Source: a bacterium
Lineage (GTDB): Bacteria > Zhuqueibacterota > Zhuqueibacteria > Zhuqueibacterales > Zhuqueibacteraceae
Direction of reading: 5' to 3'
Length of the DNA stretch: 16,399 nucleotides
Assembly: GCA_044869275.1 (NCBI GenBank)
Contig: JBIOXB010000058.1
Coordinates: 1-16,399 of the forward strand
Below the pieces are notes generated by a model. It was not told the DNA's origin and searched no databases. It saw only the letters and a program-made list of their open reading frames with translations. The position numbers and the translations under genes are program-made. Below, one piece after another: positions 13,583 through 16,399 of this stretch (position 1 is its first letter; each line of letters opens with the position of its first letter).

Positions 13583-16399
13583 ATGAAAAAACTCGCCGGA
13601 TTTCACCGCATGGTCTTCTTTTGGGCCGCTTGGCTGCCCGCCGCATTATGCGCGCAAGGCAAACCCTACGACGGCCCGGAAGACGGGCCGGGCGACATTG
13701 CCGCGGAGCGCGAAGGCTATATGACCGGCAATCGCGTATATCTGTATTTTCGCAATTCCACCGAGCTCTCCGACTGGCCGCGCCCGGACGTCTCGCGCTG
13801 GCCCAACAATGTCAACGGTCTGAAGATGCTGGATGGCATCGGCTTGCTCATCGGCGCGAAGGTTTATATTGAAAACGATTCGACGCCCGTCACCGATCCC
13901 GCGATCATCGCGAGCCGGCCGGATTTGCAGCCGCTCTATTTTTTGCAGACCAGCTATCGCGAAGAGATGGACCGCGATCCCACCGGCACCATTGAGTGGG
14001 GAATTTATCCGGTGTTCGGCTATTTCAACGAGCTCGGCGAATATCCGGCCATGAGCAACCGCAGCGATTCCTGGCCGCGTTCCGGATGGCCCTCCATCGG
14101 CTACAGCAAGAAATGGCCGGGCGAATGGAATGGCCGTTTTGGCCGCGGCGTCATTTACGCCGATCTCGAGACTTTCTTCGTCGCCAATGACGCGCAGGAC
14201 CAGGAATACCTGGGCCCGGAGGATCAAGTGAAATACTATCCCCGGCCCGGCAGGGTCGTCGGAGACAACTACCCGCAAGTCAGTATTCAAAAGGGCAAGC
14301 CTTGGGGCGGCATCGGCGTGCGCGTGGAACAGCGCGGTTTTCAATGGAACAATCCGCAAGCACGCGATGCGATTTTCTGGGAATACACCATCGCCAATGT
14401 CTCAAATTATGACTTGCCGGAAGTCGCATTCGGATATTGGGTGGACAACGCCATCGGCGGCGAGCGCGATGACGAGCTGGGTTACTTCGATACGCAGATT
14501 GACATGGCATATTCCTGGGACGTGGACGGCATCGGCCTGGGCGGGGGCCAAACCGGCACCATGGGATTTGCCTATCTCGAAAGCCCGGGGCTGGCGTATG
14601 ACAATTTGGACAACGATCAAGACGGCCTCACCGATGAAAAGCGAGACAATATTGCGACCCGCATCGTGGGCCCGACCGAGGGCATTACAGATTTGAACAA
14701 ATTCCTGGCGGCGTACAAACTCAAATTGGAAGATTTGCAGCCGCACTGGGACGCGGATGAAGATCAGGATTGGCAGGACGGTGAGGATTTGAATGGCGAC
14801 GGCATCTATCAAATCAGCGAATTTTCCGGCGACGATGTCGGCCTCGACGGTGTCGGCCCAAACGAGCTGAACTACACTGGTCCGGACGAAGGCGAATGCA
14901 ATCACCGCCCGGATTTTGTCGAGGGGATCGGCAGCGAGCCCAACTTCGCGTTCACGGACGTTACCGAATCCGACATGGTCGGACTTACCTCCTTTCGCCT
15001 GTTTCCCGTTCCCAGCCACTCTTCCAGTTTTCGCTGGTTCCGCGGGGACGAATCGATGTGGGACTTGATCGGCGAAGACTCGCTGGTCACCTACCTCGGC
15101 AACATTTCCAACCTGGTGGAAACGTTTGCCTCCGGCAGCTTCCCGCTCTTCAAAGGCCGCACCGAGCGCATCTCAATGTCCGAGCTGCATTCTTATGACC
15201 CGCTCACCGGCTTGAATTCCAGCGCGCACACCGCGCCCGCCTTGTTCGAGCAGAAGCGCATCGTGCAGGTGATTTATGAAAAAGATTACCGCTTCGCGCA
15301 GCCGCCGCTGATGCCGGCGCTTAAAGCCACGCCCGGCGACGGTTTCGTCATTTTGACTTGGGACGTTGCCGCGGATACCAAAACGCGCGATCCGTTTGTC
15401 AACAACGTGAACGACTTCGAAGGCTACAAGCTTTTTCGCTCTACGGACAATAAGTTTTCCGACTCCGAAGTCATCACCGACGGTTTCGGCACGCCCATTC
15501 TCAAAAAGGCCATTTTTGAATGCGATTTGATCGACGGCCGGCTGGGTTTCACCAATTTCGGCCTGGTTAATGGCATTGCCTACAATCTCGGCTTCGACAC
15601 CGGCCTGGTGCATTACTTCATCGACAACACCGTGCAAAACGGCCGCACCTACTACTACGCACTCGTAGCTTATGATTATGGCGCACCCAATATCGGCCCC
15701 GGTATCGCGCCCTCGGAAAACACCATCGTGCTCGAGCTCGATGAAGACGAAGAAGTGCGCGCCTTCGGCAAAAATGTGCAGATCGTCACACCGCATCAAA
15801 AAGCGTCGGGTTACGTTCCTCCGGCCATCGGTGCGCTCGACGACCAAACCCCCTTTGGCTCTTCCACCCTCGTGCCGGAAATTCTCGCCGACAAAGATCT
15901 CCAAGTTGGCCATACGTACAAAATCAAATTCGGCGTGGACACGTTGTCCACTGTCGCCAATTACGCGCACGGCCAGCGATATATCAACAACGGCATTTTC
16001 GTCTATGACGTTGAAGCCGGCAACGAACTGGTCTATGAAGAAACGCCCGAGCACTTTGCTTTTGAGAACTTCGTTTATGACGACACCTCCGGCTACTGGC
16101 ACTTCAACACTTCGGGCGATTTGAGAACCGACATTTTTGCGGGCATGCGTTTAACGATTCGAACGCCGGTGGAAATCGCCGCCTTTGATCCCTTCAACTC
16201 CGGCTGGCTCAAGGGCACCTCGTTCATGAACGTCACGCCCACCGTGATTGAATCCGAGTATTTTCCCTGGGAATATGTTATTGTCTTCACCAACAATCCC
16301 GCGGCCTATACCGGCCGCGTCACCAACAAAACCATGCGCGACGAAAATCACAGCCGTATTCCCAACGCGCAGCTATTGGTGAGCCAGTCGTTCAGCTTC
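13583..16399 (+). CDS. Large exported hypothetical protein (partial, at least 939 aa) with acidic Dx[DN]xDG loops and an FN3-like domain; runs off the window
   Basis: Manual translation from ATG 13583 (MKKLAGFHRMVFFWAAWLPAALCAQGKPYDGPEDG...) stays open to 16399. It contains DNLDNDQDGLTDE (14600-14638), DLNGDG (14786-14803) and QPPLMPALKATPGDGFVILTWD...DFEGYKLFRS...VQNGRTYYYALVAYD. Absent from the ORF track, presumably because no stop codon lies in the window. Confidence 0.88.
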   Translation, partial: MKKLAGFHRMVFFWAAWLPAALCAQGKPYDGPEDGPGDIAAEREGYMTGNRVYLYFRNSTELSDWPRPDVSRWPNNVNGLKMLDGIGLLIGAKVYIENDSTPVTDPAIIASRPDLQPLYFLQTSYREEMDRDPTGTIEWGIYPVFGYFNELGEYPAMSNRSDSWPRSGWPSIGYSKKWPGEWNGRFGRGVIYADLETFFVANDAQDQEYLGPEDQVKYYPRPGRVVGDNYPQVSIQKGKPWGGIGVRVEQRGFQWNNPQARDAIFWEYTIANVSNYDLPEVAFGYWVDNAIGGERDDELGYFDTQIDMAYSWDVDGIGLGGGQTGTMGFAYLESPGLAYDNLDNDQDGLTDEKRDNIATRIVGPTEGITDLNKFLAAYKLKLEDLQPHWDADEDQDWQDGEDLNGDGIYQISEFSGDDVGLDGVGPNELNYTGPDEGECNHRPDFVEGIGSEPNFAFTDVTESDMVGLTSFRLFPVPSHSSSFRWFRGDESMWDLIGEDSLVTYLGNISNLVETFASGSFPLFKGRTERISMSELHSYDPLTGLNSSAHTAPALFEQKRIVQVIYEKDYRFAQPPLMPALKATPGDGFVILTWDVAADTKTRDPFVNNVNDFEGYKLFRSTDNKFSDSEVITDGFGTPILKKAIFECDLIDGRLGFTNFGLVNGIAYNLGFDTGLVHYFIDNTVQNGRTYYYALVAYDYGAPNIGPGIAPSENTIVLELDEDEEVRAFGKNVQIVTPHQKASGYVPPAIGALDDQTPFGSSTLVPEILADKDLQVGHTYKIKFGVDTLSTVANYAHGQRYINNGIFVYDVEAGNELVYEETPEHFAFENFVYDDTSGYWHFNTSGDLRTDIFAGMRLTIRTPVEIAAFDPFNSGWLKGTSFMNVTPTVIESEYFPWEYVIVFTNNPAAYTGRVTNKTMRDENHSRIPNAQLLVSQSFSF

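Noticed and set aside
13621..16351. Many short ORFs listed across the final 2.8 kb
   Set aside because: All overlap the single long open frame starting at 13583.

Overview
A co-directional (+ strand) beta-glucan utilisation locus, probably from an FCB-superphylum bacterium outside the classical Bacteroidetes. A KSB1/Calditrichota/Ignavibacteria-like origin is inferred from the 'QNYPNPFNP' secretion tails and gene architecture. Gene order: GH3 beta-glucosidase; a secreted, apparently non-catalytic multi-CBM protein (2x CBM11-like, FN3, CBM9-like, T9SS tail); GH16 licheninase-type enzyme with Ig-like, malectin and T9SS/FlgD domains; GH2 with T9SS tail; TonB-dependent receptor; and a >939-aa uncharacterised exported protein (13583 to window end, missing from the ORF track) in the place of SusD. 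Every intergenic space holds small palindromic elements. At 91-553 they form a nested stack that can be dissected because an uninterrupted copy of the host element lies at 5938-6094. Two 145-bp inverted copies of another element bracket the CBM-protein and GH16 genes.
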